From positions 233,182,001 through 233,246,000 of the forward strand of contig OZ024740.1 of assembly GCA_964016885.1 (NCBI GenBank): 64,000 nt of DNA. The letters run 5' to 3'. A program made the position numbers and the translations under genes. The notes beneath the pieces were generated by a model that was not told the DNA's origin, ran no database searches, and saw only the letters and a list, made by a program, of their open reading frames with translations. Below, in pieces: positions 29,661-43,444 of the stretch. This DNA is from Eledone cirrhosa (Eukaryota). Positions within the stretch are counted from its first letter, which is position 1; the number at the start of each line of letters is the position of its first letter.

Positions 29661-30212
29661 CTATATTTTTGAGACGAGGAATTATTTACATTATATATAT
29701 TGGACGGATAGGTGTCCTCATCTTGTTTTGTTGTTAACACAACGTTTCGGCTGATGTACTCTCCAGCATTCATCAGGTGTCCTAGCGATATTATTATTAA
29801 CGTTTGTTCAGGTCACTGCCTAGAATTGTACTCGGAATTTTGAGGTTAGTAGCCCGCTTTTTAACCCCTTTTTCCCCGTGATTTTTTGTTCTCGTGCACT
29901 TTTAGAGCTTATAAACTTATTTTTTTCTATCCTTCCTCAATACCGGTTCCCATATACTACTCATATCTAAAAGTGCACGAGAACAAAAAATCACGGGGAA
30001 AAAGTGGTTAAAAAGCGGGCTACTAACCTCAAAATTCCGAGTACAATTCTAGGCAGTGACCTGAACAAACGTTAATAATAACATCACTAGGACACCTGAT
30101 GAATGCTGGAGAGTACATCAGCCGAAACGTTGTGTTTAACAACAAAACAAGATGAGGACACATATCCGTCCAATATATATAATGTAAATAATTCCTCGTC
30201 TCAAAAATATAG

Positions 30213-30290
<78 letters not shown>

Positions 30291-31439
30291 AAGGTTAAAC
30301 AAGGTTCAATGAATAAATCAAAGATGAGTTTTACAATAGATTGGAAGCACTCAACAGTTTTTGGTTTTCCGGAGTTATTAATATTAATTCAAAATATTAA
30401 CAAAAATAGAACTTCTTGTGATCAAGTATATTTTATTATTCATATTTCAGAGGTACAGAGCTAACTTCAACAGTACGTCCTCATCAGATAAAATAAGATG
30501 ATGCATGACATACCCTGACATAGTAGATGGTTAAGATCCAGTCATGGTAGTGAGTAAGATATGACAAAACTCAATATTTATATACCTTAAGATTGAGACA
30601 TGAAAACACTTACATATAATACATATAATACAGAGGGTGCGTGTGAGAAAGCTTAAAAATGCATAACAGCAATTTATATAACTGTTAGAGATTCAAATAA
30701 TTTAAATTATTGAAGAAAGAGAAAAGAAAAAAGAAAGACAGAGAGAAAACAGATGAGGGGATAATATAGCTAGTAGGAGTATAGAGAGCAAAAGAGAATT
30801 GATCAAGGAAAGAGAGACTAAGATGAATCATTTTTATAGTGTAAAACATAGAGAGGGATGAATTATATATATCTATACAGAACTATACATTTGGGCATAG
30901 CTTTGCGAAAGAGTAAACTCGAATCTTTGAATTATTGAATTATCTAGAAGTATTCATCAATCTAAATCTTAAATATAACTGGGTGTAATTATATGAAGGT
31001 TAATTTCCAGTCCTTAGTTAATTATTTATATATACTATCCAAACGTATGCGGTTGACCGTTAACTTTCAAATCATTTAAGTTAGTTCAGAGTAATGAATT
31101 AATCAAAGTGTATAATATTTCAGGCTATAAAAGTTTATAAATGTCTGTATTAATATTAAAATATACTATCATATTTAATTTATAAAATCATATTTTATGA
31201 AATCCTATTTAAACTATTTGCAAACATGAGAAAGAAGACAAAATATTTTCATCCTCACGAAGGTAAGTCTTATTAAATTTTATTATATTATATTTAATTA
31301 TTTATATTATATTAAAAATAATTCACATTATATAATTTATAAAATAATTACGGTTATAATTTTAAAAATTAAGATTAACAAGTAGAATGCCTTAAAGCAT
31401 CTAAAGGCCTTATAATTAAACTTAAAAAAAAAAGTTTAT
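28447..31439. repeat. ~3-kb inverted duplication (arms 28447-29906 and 29966-31439, ~60-bp spacer)
   Basis: The arms are reverse-complementary throughout, including their (TA)n tracts, with scattered substitutions and a small indel. Confidence 0.93.
30091..30136 (+). ncRNA. Type-I hammerhead ribozyme (mirror copy at ~29735-29781, minus)
   Basis: gacac-CTGATGA-at-gctg...cagc-c-GAA-ACGT-T-gtgtt. Confidence 0.72.
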
Positions 31440-34015
31440 CATTAAATTAGATATATGCATTTGTCTAAATATAAACAAAGATTATGTTGTCTAAGGATTA
31501 AGATGATACCTATCAGTTACATATAACATAATACAATACAATAAATAAGTTACTGATAATTGTTAAAAATTAAGGTTTTAGATCAATTATTATAATAGGA
31601 TCATGTAATACATATGTACTATAAATATACAAGTCAAACTTCATGAATCATAAGGATAAGAACCAGATTCAAAGTTAAAAAGTGAATTGTTTGCGATCTT
31701 AAAAGTGCCCAATATCCAAGCTATATAGTTTAAAAATCCAAGAATTTTTTATTTATTTATTTATATAGTAGTATAATGTGTCTGCAAACATGAGAAAGAG
31801 AAAACCTAAGGATTTCATTGATTGACCCGAAGGTAACCAGAATTTAATTGAATTAAATAAAATAATAATCATTATATAATTTAGAAAATTTAGAAAATAT
31901 TTAGAAAATAATTAACGATTATAACACTAGAAAGTCATTAAAGTATCTAAAGTACTTATAAATGTAACTAGAAGCATGTTATTATACTAGATAAACAGAT
32001 TTGTTCAAATATATATATATAGAGAGAGAGTATTCCAGATATTAGTCATCGATATAAATATAATAAATAATAATACAATAATTGTTAGTAATGTTATAAT
32101 TGAAGTTTTACATCAAGTTAAGTGGAAAAAAAGTTTGTCGACTAGTATCGTGTGTGACGTATATACCGTAAATATATATAAATAAAAATATATAAATCAA
32201 ACTTCCTGAATCGCAAAACATACTCCAAATGAATAAATATACCAAAACATAAATGCATGAATTATTTACGGTTCATTATAACTGTTCTGCATGTAAGCCA
32301 TATATTTAAAAAATATACAAGAATCCCAATCTAAATTAAATATATCTAAACAATCAAATGATATGCACATTCATCAAGAGATCATGTTAACAAATACTAT
32401 GTTTATATACCTATACAGGACCCTTTAATCTAACATTAATCATATCATAAATGAATTTTTAAAAAAAAAATTATTAAAGTTTTATAATCTGTTATAACGT
32501 TTTAGGTACACAGTTGATAAGAGACGTCAAAAATTAGAACCTGTTTATTTAGTGTTTTTTTCTGACTTTTTGTGAGGCTTGGAATGTAGACGAAGCTTGA
32601 TGAATCAGTTTGAGAATAATTCACTTTTTTTGTTAATTACATTTTCATAATTAGTAATTATTAATAGGGTCTCCATGGTACAGAGGTTGCAGTTAGGTGA
32701 TATTGAAGAATTCAAGTAAATTCTACTATTACACATCTTCGTCCAAGAAATCGAGTATTTTAAATTTTTGTCTTTTAATGACCATATAAGTTGTGATAAA
32801 GAAGTCGAAGATTTCCTATTAGGATTCGAAAAAGAGCATTTGTGATTCGCAAATCTTGATTTAAATGTCGAAGAGGTTGCACCAATATGTGATTTTATTT
32901 GCTTTTACGGTGCATTTATAGACCAGATTGCTATCTAGACAATTATTTTGCAGAGGGCAATCTGGTCTATTTCTACAATTACATTTCGATTTATTGTTAT
33001 TACTATAAATTGTACTATTTACTTTAACATTATTAGTACTCTGAAATGTTATATTGATTGTGCTTACAATGTTATAGTTATTCCTAGTATTAATATTGCT
33101 AGTGTTATTATATTCATTATTGTTAAATGTATGTTGATTATGATTTAGAATTCTATTTATTTTAGCGATGCTCTGGGCCATATTCATAGTTGTAGAATAA
33201 GAAAGCTTAATTGTGTGTCTGTTAAATATGGAACGGTATTTATTTTGAATGGGGAAGGATTTATCTAAAGCTTTAAAGAATAGATTTGCGAGTGGTGTTT
33301 TTATTGCTACAGAAGCTGGGGAGGGGGGACACCATATAACAGATTTAGTTCTGATTTTTTTCCCCGATATATTCACGGTACTGGTGTTTGTATTATAATT
33401 TTTAGAATATCGTTTATATATGTTACTCTTATTTTTATCAGAATTATAATTCAAGTTATTATTATCTATATATTCAATATTATTTTTATAACCTGCCTTT
33501 CGTAGCGCGTCATTATAATATCCTGCTTTTTCATCAAATATGGATTTATTAGCGGATATTCTAGTTATGCGTTTCTGTACATTTCTGACTATTGCCATTT
33601 TCACTGATTTAGGGTGATTAGAGTAACAGCTAATGTAGTTTAAGTTTTCATTGGGCTTATGGGAAGGGTAATAAAAACCTGAGTTTAAGTTAAGGGTAAC
33701 GTCAAAGAAATTAACTATTTTGGTACTACTTTCAACTTCTAATTTAAGGTCGTAATTTTTAAAGAATTCAATTATAGTTTTCTTAACCCTATTTAGTTCT
33801 GTATAGCTATGTTTGACAACCGTAAATAAAGTATCGTCCCTATATAAACCACCGGTAATCTCCGGTAGTTTTCTATTTACCATATTTAAGATGAAAATCC
33901 CCAGAAGATCTGTGACCTGAGCTGAGTCCGATGATCCCATGGTAATGACAAAGTTTTTATTCCTATCTGAACGAGTCCAAGTCTCATTGTTGAAATTAAT
34001 TAGAGTTCTTCCACC
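30289..34015 (-). mobile_element. 5'-truncated PLE (Naiad-like): RT C-terminal half, frameshifted GIY-YIG and ~2.3-kb 3' region
   Basis: ORF 32861-33940 has MGSSDSAQVTDLLG, GLYRDD, NFFDVTLNL, SNHP and CNCRNRPDCPLQNNCL. The shifted frame continues IGATSSTFKSRFANH...CNLCTME. Confidence 0.9.
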
Positions 34016-34023
34016 AGTTAATA

Positions 34024-34064
<41 letters not shown>

Positions 34065-34114
34065 AGATTTCGCTTTGCATGGCTGAATACAATAATCTGC
34101 GTTTTTCGAATATT

Positions 34115-34290
34115 AATAATTGTTTCTACTTATTATCCCAGTGTATTACTGGTACTTCATTTTATCGACCCGTAAGGATGAAAGGCAAAGTTAACCTCGG
34201 CGGAATTTGAACTCAGACCATAAAGGGCCGTAACTCTTTGCTGTAAAGCATGGCGTCTGACCCTCTACCGATACTGCCAATCCGCCATAA
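34115..34290 (-). mobile_element. tRNA-derived SINE (same family as 11733-12238); further copies at 36985-37108, 41008-41190 and 46195-46385
   Basis: Reverse complement of the 11733 consensus (aattgtttctactt...ttttatcgacc...ggatgaaaggcaaagttaacctcggcgg.atttgaactc). Confidence 0.85.
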
Positions 34291-34380
34291 CATTCGATTC
34301 GTTTGCAATTATGCAATGAAGCCATGTCAGTAGAATAAACACTTCATTCTTGCACTTGTGTTGGCATGCGAACAGAACTG

Positions 34381-34421
34381 CAGACACTAATGTTTCTGGG
34401 TATCACCCTTCATCAGTTCTG
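34381..34421 (-). ncRNA. Hammerhead-like motif
   Basis: Minus strand reads cagaa-CTGATGA-a-gggt-gat-accc-a-GAAAC-attagtgtctg. The cleavage triplet is unclear. Confidence 0.45.
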
Positions 34422-34524
34422 TTCCCCCTTCATTATTTCAGTTTACCTGCCAACTGTTTCAACACACGTTTTCAGATAAGAAATTTTGCAAAACAAATTA
34501 AAAAACGAATTATATATATATAGA

Positions 34525-36970
34525 AATGGGATTTAGCTTCAGGCATAACTGTATACAGTGTGCATAATAATTTCGTATTTCTAAAGAAACACGATATGTA
34601 TATAGATAAACATTTAGAAAGCCGTCGCTATGCAAAAAACACCGGGGTTATCACCCCCTGGTGGAGTCCAGCAGAAGCAAGGGGGACAATTGTCGATGCA
34701 TTTCGAACTTAACTGGTTCATATAAGGGTGCTTGCTGGTGGGTGAGAGGGCTGTGGTACGGTCAGTTTCACGGGCGCGGGTGAGAGCAGCTTGGATTAGG
34801 GTGGGGGATATCCACGCTGGATGAAGCGAGAGGCCATGTGAAGGGAATGAGTTTCGAAATTGTGGTCCTGGCTACATGCCCGATGAAAAGGGAGGAACTG
34901 GGAATAGGGTATGGAGTGTTTGGTGTGGGTTGGATGGGAGAAGTTGAAGTTGGGCTGAGAGCGGGAGTCAGTCGGTTTATAGAAGATGGAAGTAGAGGGG
35001 GTGTGGTGAGAGTGATTGATAGATAAAGAAATATCTATAAAAGGGGCAGAGGAATCGGAGACGGAGGTGGTGAAGTTGAAAGAGGGATGAAAAGATTGGA
35101 AAAAAAAAACAAAAAAACAGTCCAGCCATTCTCGTGATAGAGAGGTGGCGTCGATACAGTTGTTGATATAACGACCGTATAGCTCAGGAGTAGGTACAGC
35201 ATATTGGGAGAAGATCTGGGCTTTGACGTAGCCACCAAACACGTTGGCATAGTTTGGGCCCATTCTGGTTGCTATCGCTATCCCAGAGACCTGCTGATAG
35301 AATTCACCGGAAGAGGAAAACCCATTTAGGGTCAAAACAAGCTCAGCCAGACGGAGAAAAGTGGTAGTGCTGGAGTAAGGGGTAGGGTGTAAGTCTAAAA
35401 CGTGTCGTAGAAAGCGGAGGCCGTCATGATGAGCGATGACAGTATAGAGAGAGTTGATGCCCAGGGTGAAGAGAAGGCGTGAGGGGCCCAAGAGGGAAGA
35501 AGGAGGTAAAGAGTCTGAGGGCATGATTGGTGTCGTGGATGTGAGAGGGGAGATTGACGACTAACGGGGTGAGGAGGGTATCTAAGTATTCAGAAATGAT
35601 TTCGGTGGGGCAGTTGCCGGCAGAAACGATACGACGGCTAGGATTATTTGGTTTGTGTATTTGGGGAAGAAAGTAGATGGAGGGTGTGCGAGAGGTGCGC
35701 ACTGTAAGGTTGCTGGCTCTGGGGGTAGGAGAGAGGAGGAAATGAGCTGGTGAATGGTGGAGGACACGAGTTGTTGGTAGCCAGGAGTGGGGTCGGAGGA
35801 TAAAGGGTGGTAAAATAGGGTATCGTGAAGTTGGCGGAGGGCCTCAGTCTTGTAGAGGTCTATGTTCCATACCACCAAGCGCCACCTTTGTCAGCAGGTT
35901 TGATGACAATGAAATCGTGACGCCGTAGGTTGGGAAGAACGAAGAGTTCAGCCCGCGTAATGCTGGAGCGACGAGAATGCTGGTGGAAACGGAACCGGTT
36001 AACAGTACACCGGCAAGTATCGGCAAAGGAGTCGAGGGTGCTGAACTGGCCAGAGCTCCATGTGACTGCCGGCGACTGAGACGAGTGATGTCATCCATCT
36101 GTGTCGATGATGGCGTGTCGTGAAAAAAAGCTTTGAGCTTTAATCGACGAAAGAACCCTTCAATATCGGCACGTGTGCGGAACTTGTTGTAGGTTGATGT
36201 GGTTGGTATAAAACGCAAACCTCGGGCGAGGAGGGAGAGCTCAGCTTCGGAGAGTGGTAGGTCCTGGGGTATGGTGACAACAGTGGAGTGAAAGTGGTGG
36301 AGGCGGAGGGGTTAAGGGGGTTAGGCAAAGCGTGCGCAGATTCAGTGGTGGGGAGAGGAAAGGGGTGGTAGGTGACGGGATAGTAGTGTTAGGGTTAGAG
36401 GTGAAATGAGTATGCGTGGTGACGGCAGGGGGGGGTGATTAGAGTGAGTGAAGTTAGTTGCTTTTGATGCAAGTGAGCCAATTGAAGAGGAGGTGATTGA
36501 GGTAAAGGATGAATTGGATAAGGGATTAGGAGAGGAGGGGGTTGGCAAGTGGAGGAGAGATGGAGGTAGGCCTTGGGGAGACCTCGGTCGATAGAACGGA
36601 TTTAGGCGAGAGTAGGTCGGATAGTCGTCCGCATGAGCTGGCGAGAGGAGGGGGTAAGAATGATCTTAGTGGTGGGAGAAGAGTAAGAGGTGGGGTGAAA
36701 CTTGAGGCGGAAACCTCGGGGAATGAGTTGGTGGTGGAGACAGCGACTTTAAAATGTAATGCGACAGTTATATTTTGTTTTGGTGAAGATGATGTTGGAA
36801 AGATGCACGGAGGATTGGATGCAAACTAGGGAGAGAGTTTGGAGGAAGCGGTTGAGAGTGGAATGGAGCTGGCAGAGAAAAGATTTGAGATTGGGCATAT
36901 TGAAGATAAGAGACGGGGGAGAAGAAGGTGGAAGTAAGAAGATTTTAGTAGTGGAAAAGTGATAGAGAAT
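34525..36970 (-). mobile_element. Decayed PLE (Neptune-like RT), frameshifted, endonuclease region deleted
   Basis: Fragments LRFIPT, KPADK, VVWN...EALRQL, TPSIYFLPQIHKPNNP, CPTEIISEYLD, DTNHAL, SLYT, LAELVLTLN, TRMGPNYAN, YGRYINN, YKPTDS and SIPYSQFL. These join directly to the pseudo-LTR-like block at 34525-34720. Confidence 0.85.
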
Positions 36971-37671
36971 CGTGGTATATTTATATAATTGTTTCTACTT
37001 TTGACACAAGGCCAGCAATTACCCAGTGTATTACTAGTACTTTATTTTATCGACCCAGTAAGGATGAAAGGCAAAGTTAACCTCGGCGGGATTTGAACTC
37101 AGATCATAATGCAAGAAAGAAAGAAAATATCAGTGCTACGAAAAGATTTCTTTGTGGAGGTTAAACTCCGGGTGTATATCCAGTTTCAGAGTAAAAATCC
37201 AATTTGAAAATCCAACGAATTTGAGAGGTTCATGTAAAAGGTAAACAGAAATAACAACACAATCGGTACAGTGTATGGAAGGAATATATTAGGTTACCGC
37301 TTGAAATAGCAGGAAGAGGGTCTTAATGTTTCGGACGCTAGAAAGAAGGAGAAATTAAAAAATTTGAAGGGACGGGCGGGGTGGAATTGGAAATAAATGT
37401 TTTCAGAGAAAAAGAACAGGTCCATTCATGTTACTATCTCTTGGAAAACTGTTGTTGGCGTTTTGTGTATGATATACTTTTTAGAAAAGTGGATGATGGA
37501 GAGCGTCCACCTGAAATGGAAAAAAACCGTTTTGTATAAAGAGCTATATTTGTGCGCGCGCCTAGTGTGTTATGATACGTCGGTACGAAGCTAAGAGGAT
37601 ATGTGTGTGCATATGTAACGAAAAGAGTGTGTGTGCTTGTAAGTACGAAGCTATGAACAAAAGTATGTTAA

Positions 37672-37854
37672 TAGTAGCAGAATGGCCCGGCGTTACTCGG
37701 GATTTGCTCTAGGGTTCTTATATATTTGATATATATATTTATCCTTATCGAGCCTCGTGAAATAAATACGTTTGTTTATATTTTGTTATTGTGTATGCAA
37801 AAATATCTGTACACGAATATATAATTATATATATATATATTTATATATATATAA

Positions 37855-37950
<96 letters not shown>

Positions 37951-38068
37951 TTTGCTTAAACTTTAATCTGTTATTTTAATAAATATTTGCTCTACAGTTC
38001 TTATATATTTGATATATATTTTCCTTATCGAGCCCTCTTTGGATTTTAGTCTTCAATTTTATTATTAT

Positions 38069-38121
<53 letters not shown>

Positions 38122-38506
38122 ACCGTACAGAGAAGTACGGAATACCCCGGCCTCGGGATGGTGTCTACATTTCATGCTTATAAAAAAAATTCGTCGTACA
38201 TTACCAGGGTTTTTTCCGTGCGAAGAAAATCAATACTTTATCGCGAAATAAATACTTTGTTATTGTGTATGCAAAAATATCTGTACACGGATATATAATT
38301 ATATATATATATATATACACACAGTATACGTACATATATATATATATACACACACACATACACACACACACACACACACACATACACACACACACACACA
38401 CCACACAGCTACGTCATAATGTCGTAATGCAGACAGCCAGGCATACAGACAGATATTATAAGGGTGCAACGTTATATCTATGTATCTATCTAAAAAGAGA
38501 AAGACT

Positions 38507-38576
<70 letters not shown>

Positions 38577-38760
38577 GCTAAATCGCCTAATGTGGTCCGT
38601 AGGTCATTGAAAATTTGAACAGTTTTTTTGGCTCTAAACACTCACAGGACCATAAGTATTGCATGTGTAAAGTTTGAAAACAATAGGGTGGGTGGTTCTC
38701 GAGTTTTAGTGATCGGACAGACAGACAGACAGACAGACATTCTCTGTTTTAGATATATAG
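37672..38760 (-). mobile_element. Non-autonomous Helitron-like element (with nested repeats)
   Basis: Minus strand begins tctatatatctaaaac followed by (ctgt)n. It ends with hairpin cccgagtaacgccggg and ...ctgctact, the layout known from Lep1/DINE-type elements. Confidence 0.6.
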
Positions 38761-39331
38761 AGTAGCAGAAAACCACCCACCGGGTGGTTTTCTGCTAGTA
38801 TATATATATATTACACACACAGAAATCTATATATATTTCTGTGTGTATATATATATATATTACACACACAGAAATGTATATATATTTCTGTGTGTATATA
38901 TATATATATATATTACACACACAGAAATGTATATATATTTCTGTGTGTATATATATATATTTCTGTGTGTGTATATATATATATATTACACGCACACAGA
39001 AATGTATATATGTTTCTGTAGCACTCATCAATTCCCCCCTCTCTCCCTCCCGCTATCCCCCTCTTGTAGTCTGTCTCTTTCTTTCACTCTCACTCTCTCT
39101 CTACGCGTGCGCAAAAAACATTCGCACGCGCGCACGTGTTTAACGTCTATTCACTCTCTCTCTCTCCCTCTCTCCCTCCCGCTATCCCCCTCTCGTAGTC
39201 TGTCTCTTTCTTTCACTCTCACTCTCTCTCTACGCGTGCGCAAAAAACATTCGCACGCGCGCACGTTTTTCCACTGTAGGACAGACAGATAGACTAACAG
39301 AGAAATTGCTGCTTATATATTATAAGGAGAT
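38761..39331 (-). mobile_element. Second Helitron-like non-autonomous element with an internal minisatellite and a ~105-bp tandem duplication
   Basis: Minus 5' end atctccttataatatataagc...tctgtctgtcc. Terminal palindrome tagcagaaaaccaccc-acc-gggtggttttctgcta. 39035-39140 is repeated at ~39164-39268. Confidence 0.5.
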
Positions 39332-39374
39332 GAGGGTGATATATATATTCGTATATTCATATTGTATAATTGTA

Positions 39375-39455
<81 letters not shown>

Positions 39456-39480
39456 TACATAGATAGATATAGATATGCGC

Positions 39481-39528
<48 letters not shown>

Positions 39529-39706
39529 CGTGAAACAGACTGTTAGCTTCTCTCCCTTCTTTCACCGAAAAGAAGTAAATGACATAGTCACTACTTTAAA
39601 ACCGATAGCGTATGGTCTTCAAAATGTTTTTAATTAAACATACGGTATTTTGCCAAATATACTATACATATTTTCATGTATACATCGCTATTTCAGAGCA
39701 CCAATC

Positions 39707-39782
<76 letters not shown>

Positions 39783-39788
<6 letters not shown>

Positions 39789-40151
39789 TAAGAGGAATTC
39801 CAACTTTGTCTGATTTACTCGTTTTATTTACAATCCTTTAAAATTTATAATGGTATTATAATGAAATAGTATGATAGAATATTAAATTCTAAGTGTCAAT
39901 TGAACAAGTACTTTCATGCTTTCGCAATCTTCAGGTTCATAATATGTGGTGACAGTCAAGTTTGCAATTTTCAACTTGACTGTCACCACATATTATGAAC
40001 CTGATGATTGCGAAAGCATGAAAGTACTTGTTCAATTAACACTTAGAATTTAATATTCTATCATACTATTTCATTATAATACCATTATAAATTCTAAGGA
40101 TTGTAAATAAAACGAGTAAATCAGACAAAGTTGGAATTCCTCTTATTAATA
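39783..40151. repeat. Fold-back palindrome (~180-bp arms) with hammerhead-like core CTGATGA-ttgc-GAAA at 40001-40015
   Basis: Arms are nearly perfectly complementary around a ~10-nt loop at ~39963-39972. Confidence 0.9.
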
Positions 40152-40194
40152 TAATCTTCTATACACAATCATACACACCCGTGTATATTTACCT

Positions 40195-40277
<83 letters not shown>

Positions 40278-40407
40278 GGAGGTGAGTTTTATTGTAGTAC
40301 AATAAAACAATGCAGATATCGGATAAGTAGCACTCTACAGTTTGTAGGACTGGAGTATAAATAATAATATATAAGATCAAAAGATGGTTAAAAGAGTTCC
40401 ATGTATT

Positions 40408-40470
40408 TTATTATGCGCATTTCAAAAACAAATATCATCATGCAATAACATTTGCGTTTTCGTCAGATAA
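40408..40470 (-). ncRNA. Type-I hammerhead ribozyme with long stem II
   Basis: Minus strand reads ttat-CTGACGA-aaacgcaaatgttat...atgatatttgttttt-GAA-ATGCGCAT-A-ataa. Confidence 0.78.
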
Positions 40471-40659
40471 AATAGGGAGACATGATATGAAGGTTAAAAC
40501 ACACTTGTGAATTGTGCAGTTTTAAATCAACATATGAAAAGTAGTTTTAGATTGATGTGTAATATTAGGAAAAAAATTGAGGGGTGGGGGGAGCTTGGAA
40601 AGGATGAAAAAGAGGAGGAGATGAGAGTAAATATATATATATATATACCGCTGTGTGCT

Positions 40660-40691
<32 letters not shown>

Positions 40692-41731
40692 CTTATATAT
40701 ATATTTATATATATATATATATAGTAATAATAATAAATTTGAAGACTAAAATCCAAAGAGGGCTCGATAAGGATAAATATATATCAAATATATAAGAACC
40801 GTAGAGCAAATATTTATTAAAATAACAGATTGAAGTTTAAGCAAAGAATCGCTGCTTTCACCCTTAACGGGATCTTCTGAAACTAACAAAGTCAATCTGT
40901 AAATGCAGAAGTGGATATTTCAAAAAACGTTGCAACCGGAGGAAGACAGGAAGACGATACTTTGGTTCGTGGAAACGTTCCCTGGCAAAGAACGGGAAGA
41001 AACGAATATAATTGTTTCTACTTTAGGCACAAGACCAGCAAATTACCCAGTACATTCCTGGTATTTATTTTATCGACCCCGTAAGGATGAAAGGCAAAGT
41101 TAACCTCGGCGGGATTTGAACTTAGATAATATAGGGACGTAACTCTATGCTTCAAAGCATGGTGTCCGACTTTCTACCGATACTGCCAAACGTCATTAAT
41201 AGGAGCGGTGAAAAACAATTACGCGCAAAGACAGAACCACGTTTATGGTATAAAGAAGTCGTAGACTAATGTTCTCTTAGGTGGTTCATAGAGACGTTCT
41301 CTGGCAATGAACGAAAAAAAAACGAAGATAATACGTCATATGTGGAGCGTGGAGAACAATTTCACGCAAAGACAAAACCACGTAAATGGGATAGCAGAAG
41401 TCGTAGACTAAATTCTAACTTGGAGACCGGATGAATCTCCGCTTCAGAGTTAAGAACAAAGTAAATAAATACAATACAGAAGTAATAGAAATAAATAAAT
41501 GCATACACGCATACACATACGTACATACACAAGCATACGCAAAACACTTACCATAGGTATACAAAACCACGCACATATAAATATGTGTGTGTGTGTGTAT
41601 GCGTGTATACAAATAAATAAATAATTAAATAAACCTATATAAATAAATAAATACGTATATAACAAGCGCACACACATACCTACATGTAAATACACAAATG
41701 TTCGGAGACGTACGGGTGTGTGCTTGTGTGT

Positions 41732-41772
<41 letters not shown>

Positions 41773-43176
41773 GTTGCATGCGTGAGTGCTCCTTTTGCAT
41801 ATTGACAAGGGCTTCTACATTGATAAGAAAGACTAGGAACAGAATCTCCATTCAAACTCGGTACCGACTGATTTGCACTGACCCACGATACCGTGGTCAC
41901 TATCTTTATCGTAAATGTTGTGAAGCAAGGAATGGCGATACCGTTGTTCTTAAAATGGAATATAAAAACAACAAAATTTGAATTAAATAGTAGATTATAT
42001 CTATAAAATATGCATTCAAATATGAAAGACCCAATATACACATTTTAAAAATTGGAATTGTATAAATATATGAAAAGAAAACCGTGCACATTACCTGATC
42101 TTTTCTTCGTGTCTCTTCAGGTAAGCAAGTGCTCTTATGGTAAGGAAGTGATTTAGCCCCTAATTATAAGAATCATAATACAATCAGCTGTCATTATCAT
42201 AAATCATAGTAAATATTTCATGTCACTGTTTTAATTTATTGACATTTTTTTAAGCATAAGTATATATATATATTTTTTTTCATATGATTTCATATTTAGA
42301 AGCTAATGTCATATATCACCTAACGTTTTCAAACGGGAAGAAACATTGCATTTTATGCATTTGTAAATGCAATACTAGATTGTAAATATAAATACAGCAT
42401 GGTTAATACATTGTTTAAGATGGGTCTTAATTGAATTAACTTCATTACATCATGTTACTCGTTGGACACTCTCTAGGTCGCCACTACCAATATATGCGAC
42501 ACAGTTATATTACTTCAGTGAATAGGAAGGTAAAATGATGAACACAAAAAAAATATTTTTACAGTAATTAAACAACGTAGAAAATGAATTTTATATGACA
42601 TTGTACATCTTGTAGTTGAAGTGTGGACTTGTATGCCTCATGAAAGATATCTTTCTAGGCTTGAGCGAGGGTTTCATTGAGAGCCAACAATTGCCCATAT
42701 GTATTAAAGAATTTGAAATGTGTGTCCTCGAATGCAAATAACGTGTATTACATAATCTTCAAGCAAATGAGTGGTACGGGTTTTTTTTCGTACACACATA
42801 CATACATGCACACGCACAGATACACACACACACGCACGCACGCATACACACACACAGACACACACATACTCACACACATATATATATATGTGTGTGTGTA
42901 TAAACACATACATGTATTAATTATTAGTATAGATTGTAGTTTAAGCCAAAATGTTTGTTTCACCCTATACGGGGTCCATTTTTGGGGTGAAAGCAGAAAT
43001 TATTTGCTTAAACGTTAATCTGTATTAATAATAAATATTTGCTCTACGGGTTTATATATACTTCTATATATATACAATCGTTACCAAGCCCTCTTCGGAT
43101 TTTTGTTTTTGTATTTATTATCCCTATTATTAGTAGTATTATATACACACACACACACAGACACACACACACACAC

Positions 43177-43247
<71 letters not shown>

Positions 43248-43444
43248 TGTGTGTGTGTGTGTTTGTGTACATTTAGGCAAAAAGTATTCGACTGTGTGCT
43301 TCTATGGTTTCTCGTCTGATCCAATTTGCGAGTAGAAACTGCAGAAGCACACGATCGAACATTTTAGTCCGAAATATACCAACTCTGCATCCCATTACGC
43401 ATCGAGTATTACTTTTATTAGCGTGCTTTCAGAGTTTAGCCCCA

